A DNA stretch of 64,000 nt, from the NCBI GenBank assembly GCA_038150265.1, contig JAYOTF010000011.1, forward strand, positions 11,130 through 75,129, read 5' to 3'. The translations under genes were made by a program, and so were the position numbers. Within the stretch, counting starts at the first letter, position 1. Every line of letters starts with the position of its first letter. Source of the DNA: Deltaproteobacteria bacterium (lineage in GTDB: Bacteria > SAR324 > NAC60-12). Below, piece after piece: positions 55,801 through 63,975 of this stretch. The notes below the pieces were generated by a model. It did not search any database, was not told the origin of the DNA, and worked only from the letters and a program-made list of their open reading frames with translations.

Positions 55801-57105
55801 GATGACATGGGGTTGGGAAAAACCGTGCAGGCCATTGCATCGATGCTTGAGCGGGCTCCGCAGGGTCCGGCCCTGGTCCTGGCCCCGGCCTCGGTGGCCA
55901 TCAACTGGACCCGGGAAATTGAAAAATTTGCTCCCACCCTCAGGCCCGTGCTGCTCGCCTCAGAAAACCGTCAGCAGGTTGTGCAGGAAGCGGGCGCCTT
56001 CGACGTCATCATCAGCAGCTACGGCCTGTTGCCTCAGGAAACCGAAACGCTGTGCAGCCGACGCTGGCGGACCCTGGTGCTTGATGAGGCGCAGGCCATC
56101 AAGAACGCGGCCACCAAGCGCTCTCAGTCGGTGATGAAGCTGGAGGCCGACTTCCGCATTGCCACCACCGGCACGCCTCTGGAAAACCACCTGGGCGAGC
56201 TGTGGAACCTGTTCCGCTTCCTGAACCCCGGCCTGCTGGGGTCTCGGGAACGCTTCCAGGAGCGCTTTGCCGGCCCGATTGAACGGGACCACGATGCAGA
56301 AACCCGGCAGCGCCTCCGCAAGCTGATCCGCCCCTTCATCCTCCGGCGCCTCAAGCACGAGGTGCTGGACGAACTTCCGCCCAAAACCGAGATTGTCCTC
56401 ACCGTTGAGCTCAGCCCCGAGGAGCGGGTGTTTTATGAAGCGCTGCGGCAAAAGGCCCTTGAGGACCTTGAGAACACCTCCCAGCAACCTCCCGGCGCCC
56501 GAAATCTGCAGATCCTTGCCGAAATCACACGGCTCCGCCGAGCCTGCTGCCACCCGAAACTCGTGCTTCCGGAGACGCGGCTTCCGGGCTCAAAGCTGAC
56601 CCTGTTTCAGGAGGTCCTCGGGGAGCTGCTGGCCAACCGGCACAAGGTCCTGGTCTTCAGCCAGTTTGTGGCCCACCTCGACATTCTGAGGGAGCACCTT
56701 CAGCAACACTCCATTGCTTATCAGTACCTTGACGGAAGCACGCCTCAGAAGCAGCGGCAGCAGGCCATTGATGCCTTTCAGAAGGGAGAGGGAGAGGTGT
56801 TTCTCATCAGCCTCAAGGCGGGAGGAACCGGCCTGAACCTGACGGCAGCCGATTATGTGATTCACATGGACCCCTGGTGGAACCCGGCAGTGGAGGATCA
56901 GGCTTCCGATCGGGCCCACCGCATGGGGCAGGAGCGCCCGGTGACGATCTACCGGTTAGTCACTCAGGGAACCATTGAGGAGCAGATCGTCAGCCTCCAC
57001 CATGAAAAGCGGGACCTTGCCAACAGCCTCCTCGAGGGCAGCGACCGTCTCCATCGCCTCTCTCCGGAAGCCCTCCTGCAGCTCCTCAAGGAGGATCCGG
57101 CGTGA
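52888..57105 (+). CDS. SNF2-family helicase/ATPase with a long N-terminal region including a TPR-like segment
   Basis: LRDYQQEG, LADDMGLGKT, LDEAQAIKN, TGTPLENHLGELW, LVFSQF, LISLKAGGTGLNL, DPWWNPAVEDQASDRAHRMGQ; start uncertain. Confidence 0.93.
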   Translation: MTLRLPALIGNKSTIEKQLNALSLVQKELLVNLMLVNESISKSNLFAKMSTVLFSEDTRNRTKLYKAWEQLERDGWFQRGEFNKQALLTPFARGAARVIGRSHPDLAKASALYRKHRQSHWGWWATQYHLDLDDSEERWLLGDPEGIEALLNKLEAGPSQATKPSKERDEEIEALLSKLSTDPIQSIKRDEEVDEELRLEIEINVMELLLNPWIPEQFSQLSVPHQFRMLHMALNSFVTLEFPVAQEVFEYAESLLHHVSSGGAILAGSLAIVYLRQGRWEQANALLNALPQDHFTYWQGRGTLEFMRGNYAEALDAYQQGFPLFNRGIRGRKHPLPGLAGNLMPLAMIGADPEKGIDAAVGFLQKLALTGRPFLKTLQSNLTATVPKLTDRDMEPDISARWLNLFLGYWSGDTQKRPYLSDPLLQTFQAHQFVWDLSQLVHLQHATKEPPFTSPRGFAKHGFGNLTELRPKEEEWERTLKTLSAFGKARSVSATRKTQQKRLAWVIDIRGEGITPVAQILNKSGNWTGGRAVALKRLKNGLPFMEEQDYQVASQVREYHHYYGAREYELPFEKAIPLLVGHPLLFQTGATELPLELVAGTPELLVQETAKGYQIKFPYQLKSDSSVVLQKETPTRYRVISFSQEQLDLLGAVEQKSVTIPLAGKEKLTQALENLSPIISITSPLGIGEEDLPEVPPSTRIHAHLLPLGEGLRLELLVRPLGDGGPYTQPGRGSTLWIGEVDQERKRTKRSLKKEQQEYNRVLAQAPLLSEWPHEQGEWRFEAPEDCLEILQELQELGEQVQVEWPEGQKLKLSRLVDFENLALRIKRHRDWFQVEGELRLSDEQTLSLQVLLNHLKQRRGRFVPIGDQEFLTLTDQFRKRLEELDAFTERSGNQLRLPDFAAPALEDWVESVGALEADPSWKERLNKLRDAQSLNPAVPSTLRAQLRDYQQEGFTWLTRLAHWDAGACLADDMGLGKTVQAIASMLERAPQGPALVLAPASVAINWTREIEKFAPTLRPVLLASENRQQVVQEAGAFDVIISSYGLLPQETETLCSRRWRTLVLDEAQAIKNAATKRSQSVMKLEADFRIATTGTPLENHLGELWNLFRFLNPGLLGSRERFQERFAGPIERDHDAETRQRLRKLIRPFILRRLKHEVLDELPPKTEIVLTVELSPEERVFYEALRQKALEDLENTSQQPPGARNLQILAEITRLRRACCHPKLVLPETRLPGSKLTLFQEVLGELLANRHKVLVFSQFVAHLDILREHLQQHSIAYQYLDGSTPQKQRQQAIDAFQKGEGEVFLISLKAGGTGLNLTAADYVIHMDPWWNPAVEDQASDRAHRMGQERPVTIYRLVTQGTIEEQIVSLHHEKRDLANSLLEGSDRLHRLSPEALLQLLKEDPA

Positions 57106-57132
57106 AGCACCGACTCCGGACCGCAGATGCCA

Positions 57133-57660
57133 TCAATTACTGGAGGTGAAGTACGAGGTGAACAGCTGCGGGTCCAGCGTGCCGGAGTAGGCATACAGCT
57201 CCGGACCCTTGTCAAGAAGCCGGATGCTCAGCTCTAACGCACCGCCCGAAGCGAAGTGTTCCTTCATCTCAGACATGTGCCGCTGGAAGGCCCTGCGGTA
57301 AGCCTCCGGGTTGAAGGTCCGATTGAGAAACACGTTGTACAGCTCCGGATCTCGAAACGCAGGCAGCAACGCATCTCCTCGATCGTTTGCCACGAACGGA
57401 TAGGTTTTTGCCTCCCCATCGAAGGAAATCTGTACCTCGTAGTGCGCTCCCGGCTCAAAGGTTTCCTCCTGACGGTGCCCCACCAAGTAGGAAAAGCCCT
57501 TGAATGCGGCCAAATAGTACCCGTCACTGAGACTCGCATAAAGAAACTCCTTGGTCTGCTGCGTCTGCGGGTCCTGACGCTTGTACACCTCCCACTTTGC
57601 ATTCTGTGCCCAGAGCAAGGTGGGCACGCTCAGTAGGAGCACCAATATTCCCTTCCACAT
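57133..57660 (-). CDS. hypothetical secreted protein
   Basis: Signal peptide MWKGILVLLLSVPTLLWA/Q; upstream AAAGGGGA RBS. Confidence 0.75.
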   Translation of the reverse strand: MWKGILVLLLSVPTLLWAQNAKWEVYKRQDPQTQQTKEFLYASLSDGYYLAAFKGFSYLVGHRQEETFEPGAHYEVQISFDGEAKTYPFVANDRGDALLPAFRDPELYNVFLNRTFNPEAYRRAFQRHMSEMKEHFASGGALELSIRLLDKGPELYAYSGTLDPQLFTSYFTSSN

Positions 57661-57840
57661 CGCTATCCCCTTTCCAGTTATTGAGTTTGTGTGGCAGGAA
57701 GAGTAGTGAATTCATCCGCACTTTTCAAACATTTTTTAACCATGAAAACAGATATTTGGCTAAGGCCTGAACACATCTTTCCTCCAGGGAAAATCGAGTG
57801 CCGGTAATTTTACAAAAATCCAGCAGCCGCTCCTCCGTAC

Positions 57841-58014
57841 CCCATTTTGTCCTACCCTCCCAAGGCTCCTAAAAATGTCATTTTGAGACAAGCAGATACA
57901 GGCACCCGGACCTTCACTCAAATGTCCTCGTGAGAAAATCCGGTCAAAATTTTTGGTGGATCGGACAAAAAGCCCTCAGAGGTCCGGGACAAAATGGGAC
58001 AAAACAGGACGAAG
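57841..58014. repeat. cluster of direct and inverted GG(A/T)CAAAA motifs in an AT-rich intergenic region
   Basis: GGACAAAA at 57963, 57987 and 57997; GGACGAAG at 58007; GGTCAAAA at 57942; 12-bp IR CCCATTTTGTCC (57841-57852) / GGACAAAATGGG (57987-57998). Confidence 0.55.
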
Positions 58015-58114
58015 GCGGAAGCAGCCCCCTGGGCCGCGTTGCGCTCGCGGCTCCGGGAAGGCCGATGTCACAGGAAACGGGCCCAGGGAGGAGAGTCGGA
58101 AGGGCGCTGGGCCT

Positions 58115-58969
58115 TCAGAAGAATTCAGATCCCAGGCGGAGGATCAGGAGGCCGAGGAAGACCAGAAGTGCCGCCAGCAGCTGTCTTGGGTCAAAGCGCT
58201 CCTTGAGGAGCACCACGCCCAGGAGGGGAGTCAGCACCACGCTCGTCTCCCGGATGGAAGCCACCAGCGGGACGGGAGCATGAGCCATGGAATAGATCAC
58301 CAGCCCGTAGGCGGTGGAGGAGAACACGCCTGCCAGGAGGCTGCCCCACCCCGCCTGCCGCACCCTGGCTCGGAACACCGGACCACGGCGCCACCAGGCC
58401 AGCAGCACCGCGGGAGGCGCTTCCCAGAAGATCAGCCAGCCGATGTACGCGCCCTCGCTTCCGGACAGCCGGACGCCCGCCCCATCCACCAGCGTGTAGG
58501 CGGCAATGAAGCCACCGGTTCCCAGCGCATACGCCACGCCCTTCCAGTGAAACGCCTGCGGGCCACGGCGCAGCACCAGGCTAAAGAGCCCCAGCGAGAT
58601 CACGCCCACGCCCACCCCTTCCGAGACCGTCAGTTGATCCGGAAGCCACACCAGGGCCAGCACCGTTGTCAACAGAGGCGCCGAGCCCCGGGCCAGTGGG
58701 TACACCTGCCCCAGCCCCCCATGCGCATAGGCCTGAATCAGAAAAAGGTTGTACCCGATGTGCAGCAGCACGGAAGCCAGGATGTGAGGCCAGCTCTCCG
58801 GATGCGGCAAGGGCAGCGGTCCGAGCAGAAGCGGTGTCACCAGCACTGCTGGCACCAGGTGCAGCACCGCCAGGCTCACCAGCCGGTCCTCGCTCCGCTT
58901 GAGCAGCAGGTTCCAGGTTCCGTGAAGAACCGCCGCCAAGAGCACCAGACCCAAAATTTCGTTGCTCAT
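58115..58969 (-). CDS. EamA/DMT-family transporter
   Basis: LVLLAAVLHGTWNLLLK, QVYPLARGSAP, IAAYTLVDG, ASIRETSV, LLKE; about 10 TM helices. Confidence 0.92.
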   Translation of the reverse strand: MSNEILGLVLLAAVLHGTWNLLLKRSEDRLVSLAVLHLVPAVLVTPLLLGPLPLPHPESWPHILASVLLHIGYNLFLIQAYAHGGLGQVYPLARGSAPLLTTVLALVWLPDQLTVSEGVGVGVISLGLFSLVLRRGPQAFHWKGVAYALGTGGFIAAYTLVDGAGVRLSGSEGAYIGWLIFWEAPPAVLLAWWRRGPVFRARVRQAGWGSLLAGVFSSTAYGLVIYSMAHAPVPLVASIRETSVVLTPLLGVVLLKERFDPRQLLAALLVFLGLLILRLGSEFF

Positions 58970-59231
58970 GAGGTTCCGCAAGCATGGCCCCTCCTCACGT
59001 CCCAACCCCATGTTTCGGACGCCTGAAGCAGCAGCAGGCTCCTCTAGTGTACGGCTTCTCTTCCGAAAGCACAATCGTGCTGTAAAAAATCACAAAAATT
59101 CCGTTTGCCCCCAGAGACCGCCGAATGTGGGGAGGGATTTCTGAAATTCATTTGCGATCTGTTAGCGTTTGCGATACAAACATCATCTTTAAGCCTCGTT
59201 CCCCTGAAACCTCATTTTTTGGAGTCGCCCC

Positions 59232-60308
59232 ATGAGCACCCAACGCCGTACTCGCTTGACCCGACGATCCTTCCTCCAGGGCCTGGGGGCCGTGGCCGCA
59301 GGCCTCACCTTCTTGCCTCAGGAAGGCTGGAGCGCCGAAGAGAAGAAGCTGAACTTCTACAACTGGGACACCTACATTGGGGAAACCACGCTGCAGGACT
59401 TCCTGGATGCCACCGGGGTGGAAGTGTCCATGGACCTCTTTGCCGACAACGATGAGCTGTTTGCCAAGCTCAAGGAAGGCAACCCGGGGTACGATGTCAT
59501 TGTGCCCACCAACGATTTTGTCGAGCGGATGATCCGGGCCAACATGCTGATGAAGATCGACCGCGCGAAGATTCCGAACTTCAAGAACCTTGATCCGGCT
59601 TTCCAGGACGCCGCCTTTGATCCTCAGCGGACCTACAGCCTCCCCTACATGTGGGGCACCATCGGCATCGGCTACCGCAAGTCCCGGGTCTCTCAGGTCC
59701 CCACCAGCTGGGCCGCGCTCTTCAACTCCCCGGAGTACTCCGGACGCATCTCCCTCATCAACAGCCCCTCCGAGACGCTGCCGGTGGTGCTCAAGTACCT
59801 CGGACACTCCCTCAACTCCACCGACCCGGCGGCCATCAAGGAAGCCGAGGAGATGCTCACCCGGCAAAAGGAGCACATCAAGGTCTTTGCCGAGGACAAT
59901 GGACAGGACCTGCTGCTTTCGGGAGACGTGGACCTGGCCATGGAGTACAATGGCGACATCATCCAGGTTCAGGAAGAGGACGACGACATCGGCTTCATTG
60001 TTCCTGATGAAGGAACCCTCGTGTGGCAAGACTGCCTCTGCATTCCCACCGGTGCCCCGCACCCGGAAAATGCCCACGCCTTCATGAACTACCTCCTGGA
60101 CGCCGAAGCGGGCGCCCTGATCGCCGACTACATCCAGTATGCGACCCCGAACGCGGCGGCCAAGGCCAGGATGTCGAGCGAGTACCAGAACAACCCGGCC
60201 ATCTTTCCCACAGACGCCGTGCTCCAGCGCAGCGAATCGGCAAAGTACCGGGGTGAGGCAACGCAACGCCTGTTTGACGAGGCCTGGACACGCATCTCCG
60301 CGTCCTGA
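59232..60308 (+). CDS. spermidine/putrescine ABC transporter substrate-binding protein (PotD/PotF-like) with Tat signal
   Basis: TRRSFLQ, LNFYNWDTYI, GYDVIVP, PYMWGTIGIGY, PDEGTLVWQDCLCIP. Confidence 0.9.
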   Translation: MSTQRRTRLTRRSFLQGLGAVAAGLTFLPQEGWSAEEKKLNFYNWDTYIGETTLQDFLDATGVEVSMDLFADNDELFAKLKEGNPGYDVIVPTNDFVERMIRANMLMKIDRAKIPNFKNLDPAFQDAAFDPQRTYSLPYMWGTIGIGYRKSRVSQVPTSWAALFNSPEYSGRISLINSPSETLPVVLKYLGHSLNSTDPAAIKEAEEMLTRQKEHIKVFAEDNGQDLLLSGDVDLAMEYNGDIIQVQEEDDDIGFIVPDEGTLVWQDCLCIPTGAPHPENAHAFMNYLLDAEAGALIADYIQYATPNAAAKARMSSEYQNNPAIFPTDAVLQRSESAKYRGEATQRLFDEAWTRISAS

Positions 60309-60321
60309 GCCTTCCTAACTC

Positions 60322-60338
60322 GGGGGGCCTCGCCCCCC
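60322..60338 (+). terminator. intercistronic GC hairpin
   Basis: GGGGGGC-ctc-GCCCCCC between the binding-protein gene and the first permease. Confidence 0.4.
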
Positions 60339-60373
60339 TCGTTTGACCACCCTCTCACTGGTGGACCTCCATC

Positions 60374-61291
60374 GTGGATTCCTGGCGCCGTGCTCCTCGC
60401 GTGTTCTGGGCTCTTGGCCTGCCGCCAACCTTCTGGCTGGTCGCCTTCTTCCTCGCCCCCCTCGGCCTCATCTGGGGCCTCAGCTTTGGGGAAAAGCAAG
60501 GCATTGTCGAAGTGGCCATCACCGGGACACTGGACAACTACATCCGGGCCCTCCAGCCCATCTACCTGCAGATCTTCCTCAAGTCGTTCTGGTACGCCGG
60601 GCTGACCACCTTCTTCTGCCTCGTTGTTGCCTTTCCCACCGCCCTCACCATCACCTTCGCCTCCGACCGCTGGAAGCCCATCCTCCTCCTGCTCGTCATC
60701 CTTCCGTTCTGGACCAACCTCCTCATCCGGACCTATGCCCTGATTGCGGTGCTGCGGACCAACGGGTACCTCAACGACCTGCTCGAGGTGTTCTGGACGG
60801 CCGGAGACGGTTTCCTGACCCTGCTGGGCCTGGGGGACTGGCAACTGCTGGGCGCCCGCTTCAATCCACTGGAGCTGCTCTACAACAACTTCGCGGTGGT
60901 GTACGGGCTCGTTTACGTCCACCTGCCGTTCATGGTCCTGCCCCTTTATGCCGCCCTGGACCGCCTGGACCGCAGTTACATTGAAGCCAGCCTCGACCTC
61001 GGCGCCAGCCAGTGGCGCACGTTCCGGTCCATCATCATTCCGCTGGCGCTCCCGGGCATCATCTCTGGCGTCATCATCACCTTCATCCCAGCGCTGGGTT
61101 CCTACCTGACCCCAGACCTGCTTGGAGGAACCGACAGCCAGATGATCGCCAACGTCATTGAACGTCAGTTCAAGTCTGCCAATGACTGGCCCTTTGGCGC
61201 CGCTCTCTCCTTCTTGCTGATGTACCTGACCTTCTTTGCGCTCGCCGTCCGGGCGGTCTACAGCCGCCGCTCGGGATTGGAGGCCTCATGA
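60374..61291 (+). CDS. potB: polyamine ABC transporter permease (PotB-like)
   Basis: LPFWTNLLIRTYA, LPFMVLPLY, EASLDLGAS, DWPFGAALS. Confidence 0.85.
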   Translation: MDSWRRAPRVFWALGLPPTFWLVAFFLAPLGLIWGLSFGEKQGIVEVAITGTLDNYIRALQPIYLQIFLKSFWYAGLTTFFCLVVAFPTALTITFASDRWKPILLLLVILPFWTNLLIRTYALIAVLRTNGYLNDLLEVFWTAGDGFLTLLGLGDWQLLGARFNPLELLYNNFAVVYGLVYVHLPFMVLPLYAALDRLDRSYIEASLDLGASQWRTFRSIIIPLALPGIISGVIITFIPALGSYLTPDLLGGTDSQMIANVIERQFKSANDWPFGAALSFLLMYLTFFALAVRAVYSRRSGLEAS

Positions 61292-62136
61292 AGCCCCGCA
61301 CGCCCATGGGTCCGCTCGACTACGGACGCCGCACCTGGATGCGCCTGACGCTGCTCGCCACGTTTGTGTTCCTCTATGCGCCCATCGCGACCCTGGTGGC
61401 GTTCAGCTTCAACGACAGCCGCCGCAACATTGTCTGGCGCGGCTTCACCTTCAAGTACTACGGCAAGGCAGCGGGAAACGCTTCCCTCATGGAAGCCTTT
61501 GGCAACTCCCTGACCATCGCCTTCCTCAGCACCGCGGTCAGTGTCCTCCTCGGCACCCTGATTGCGGTGCTGCTCTGGCGGTTCCGGTTTCCCGGCAAGG
61601 CGGTGTACGAAGGGGCCATGTCGTTGCCGATTGTGATTCCGGAAATCTGCATGGGGGTGGCGATGCTCGCCTTCTTCTCTCGTGTGGGCTGGCCCTCCGA
61701 CCTGCCCTGGCCCCTGAACCTGGGCGCCATCACCATCGCCCACATCTCCTTCAGCTTCCCCTTTGTTTCAGTCGTGGTCCGGGCCCGGCTCAGCAGCTTC
61801 AACCGCGAGCTGGAGGAAGCCGCCAAGGACCTGGGCGCAACCGAGTGGCAGGCCTTTCGCGATGTCCTCATTCCGCACATGAAGCCCGGCCTCATCGCGG
61901 GGGCGCTGCTGGCCTTCACGCTGTCGCTCGATGACTTTGTCATCACCTTCTTCACCTCCGGACCCGACACGGTGACCTTCCCGATCAAGATCTACTCGAT
62001 GATCCGCTTCTCGGTGACTCCGGAAGTCAACGCGGCTTCCACCGCTCTGATCGTCCTCACCCTCCTCCTCACGACCCTGGCCCTGTGGTACCAGAACCGC
62101 AGCGGCGAAAAACTGGAAGACTCTGCACATGGCTGA
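61288..62136 (+). CDS. potC: polyamine ABC transporter permease (PotC-like)
   Basis: FLYAPI..FSFN, LEEAAKDLGA, FTLSLDDFVIT, TPEVNA. Confidence 0.85.
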   Translation: MKPRTPMGPLDYGRRTWMRLTLLATFVFLYAPIATLVAFSFNDSRRNIVWRGFTFKYYGKAAGNASLMEAFGNSLTIAFLSTAVSVLLGTLIAVLLWRFRFPGKAVYEGAMSLPIVIPEICMGVAMLAFFSRVGWPSDLPWPLNLGAITIAHISFSFPFVSVVVRARLSSFNRELEEAAKDLGATEWQAFRDVLIPHMKPGLIAGALLAFTLSLDDFVITFFTSGPDTVTFPIKIYSMIRFSVTPEVNAASTALIVLTLLLTTLALWYQNRSGEKLEDSAHG

Positions 62137-63214
62137 AGCTCCTGTCATTCTGGAAATCCAGGATGTGGTCAAACGCTTTGGCAGCACCACCGCTGTCGAT
62201 CACGTCTCCCTGCAGATCCGGGAAGGCGAGTTCTTTGCCCTCCTCGGCCCCTCCGGATGTGGGAAGACCACCTTGCTCCGGATGCTGGCCGGCTTTGAAT
62301 TTCCGACCGAGGGCCACATTGCCATTGACGGAAAGCCCAGCCAGGACCTTCCTCCCAACCGCCGCCCTGTCAACATGGTCTTCCAGTCCTACGCCGTCTT
62401 CCCCCACATGAAGGTCGCCGACAACGTGGCCTATGGCCTGCGGGTGAGCGGGGTCTCGGAGCAGGAGGTCGGCCCACGGGTTCAGGAAGCCCTTGGGCTG
62501 GTGAAGCTCGACGGCTACGGCTCCCGGATGCCGGACCAGCTCTCTGGTGGTCAGCGGCAGCGGGTGGCCCTGGCCCGGGCGCTCGTGAAGCGTCCTCGGG
62601 TGCTGCTTCTTGACGAGCCCCTCTCCGCCCTGGACGCCAAGCTCCGGGAGGCCATGCAGCTAGAACTGGTGCGGCTGCAGCAGGCCGTCGGGATCACCTT
62701 TGTGATCGTCACCCACGACCAGGATGAAGCCCTCTCCATGGCCGACCGCATTGCGGTCATGGAAGCCGGACACGTCCGCCAGGTCGCTCCTCCCAGTGTG
62801 CTCTACGAATCTCCCAACTGCCGATTCGTTGCCGACTTCATCGGGCGCATGAACCTCCTGCCCGGAGAGGTCCAGGGGCACGAAAACGGCATGCTGGCGG
62901 TTCAGACCGAGCGCTTCGGGTCCCTCCTCATTCCGCATCCGGAGGCGTTGCAGGGCAAGCTGTACCTGGCCGTCCGGCCCGAGAAGGTCCGGGTCTCGCC
63001 AGAACCGCTTCCGGCGCCCCAGCTTTCGTTCCGGGGCTGCGTGGAGGCCATCATCTACCATGGCAGCGAGAGCCACCTGTTCCTGAAGACCGAAGCCGGC
63101 CCCACGGTTGCTGCCACGCAGCTCAACCCAAGCCGCCACGCCCCACGCTACGCCAAGGGCGACACCCTCTGGATCGGCTGGGCTCCTGAAGACACCCTGG
63201 TCCTGCCCGAGTAA
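62129..63214 (+). CDS. potA: polyamine ABC transporter ATP-binding protein (PotA-like)
   Basis: GPSGCGKTTLLRMLAGFE, RPVNMVFQSYAVFPHM, LSGGQRQR, TOBE-like tail. Confidence 0.88.
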   Translation: MAEAPVILEIQDVVKRFGSTTAVDHVSLQIREGEFFALLGPSGCGKTTLLRMLAGFEFPTEGHIAIDGKPSQDLPPNRRPVNMVFQSYAVFPHMKVADNVAYGLRVSGVSEQEVGPRVQEALGLVKLDGYGSRMPDQLSGGQRQRVALARALVKRPRVLLLDEPLSALDAKLREAMQLELVRLQQAVGITFVIVTHDQDEALSMADRIAVMEAGHVRQVAPPSVLYESPNCRFVADFIGRMNLLPGEVQGHENGMLAVQTERFGSLLIPHPEALQGKLYLAVRPEKVRVSPEPLPAPQLSFRGCVEAIIYHGSESHLFLKTEAGPTVAATQLNPSRHAPRYAKGDTLWIGWAPEDTLVLPE

Positions 63215-63243
63215 CGCTTTCCTTCACTTCATTGAGATGGTTG

Positions 63244-63834
63244 ATGATTCCCCAACACCTCACGCTTCGGCTCCCTGACTGGGTGGCCGGCTTTATTGCT
63301 GAATTCACCTTCCCGCTGGCTTCCAACGAGGAGCGCATGCGCTTCGTGCTGGCCCTGACGGAACGCAACATCCGGGAGCAAACAGGAGGGCCCTTTGGCG
63401 CCGCTGTCTTTGAGCGAGTTTCCGGAAACCTGGTGTCAGTCGGCGTGAACGTGGTGGTCGCACAAGGCTGCTCAGCAGCACATGCTGAAATGATGGCCCT
63501 GATGCTGGCGCAACAGCAGTGCGGGAGCTTCGACCTCGCGGCCGAGTCCCTTCCGGACCATCAGTTGGTGACCAGCGGGAAGATGTGTGCCATGTGCCTG
63601 GGGAACGTCTGCTGGTCGGGAGTCAAAGAGGTGGTCTCTGCCGCTGAGCCTGAGGATGTGGAGTCGCTGACGGGCTTCGATGAAGGCCCCACACCTGCGG
63701 ACTACAATGCTCAGCTGGAACGCCGGGGCATCCGCATCCTTCCGGAGGTGCTGCGGGAAGAAGGCCGCCGGGTGCTGCAGCTTTATGTGGAACAGGGAGG
63801 CACCATCTACAACCCGGCCCGCGCGACCTCCTGA
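63244..63834 (+). CDS. zinc-dependent nucleoside/guanine deaminase-family protein
   Basis: GGPFGAAVF, AHAE, CAMC, GFDEG. Confidence 0.85.
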   Translation: MIPQHLTLRLPDWVAGFIAEFTFPLASNEERMRFVLALTERNIREQTGGPFGAAVFERVSGNLVSVGVNVVVAQGCSAAHAEMMALMLAQQQCGSFDLAAESLPDHQLVTSGKMCAMCLGNVCWSGVKEVVSAAEPEDVESLTGFDEGPTPADYNAQLERRGIRILPEVLREEGRRVLQLYVEQGGTIYNPARATS

Positions 63835-63948
63835 GCCACGCGGCTCCTGCCCCAGGCTGCGGCTGGCTTCCCAGCCTTGCAGGGCAATCGCATGAAACAA
63901 ATGGCTGGACGAATGGGCTTGGCGGTTGGTGCGGACTGCCGCTTCGTG

Positions 63949-63975
63949 GTCATCCCAGCGCAGGCTGGGATCCAG
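63949..63975 (+). repeat. REP-like palindrome (GTCAT..-type)
   Basis: GTC-ATCCCAGC-GCAG-GCTGGGAT-CCAG. The window ends in ..TCGATTC, which may be the start of an inverted second copy. Confidence 0.6.

Noticed and set aside
57963..58014. GGACAAAAT resemblance to Tn7 end sequence, or to a CRISPR-like repeat
   Set aside because: The 10-bp spacing fits neither TnsB sites nor CRISPR spacers, and there are no tns or cas genes in the window.
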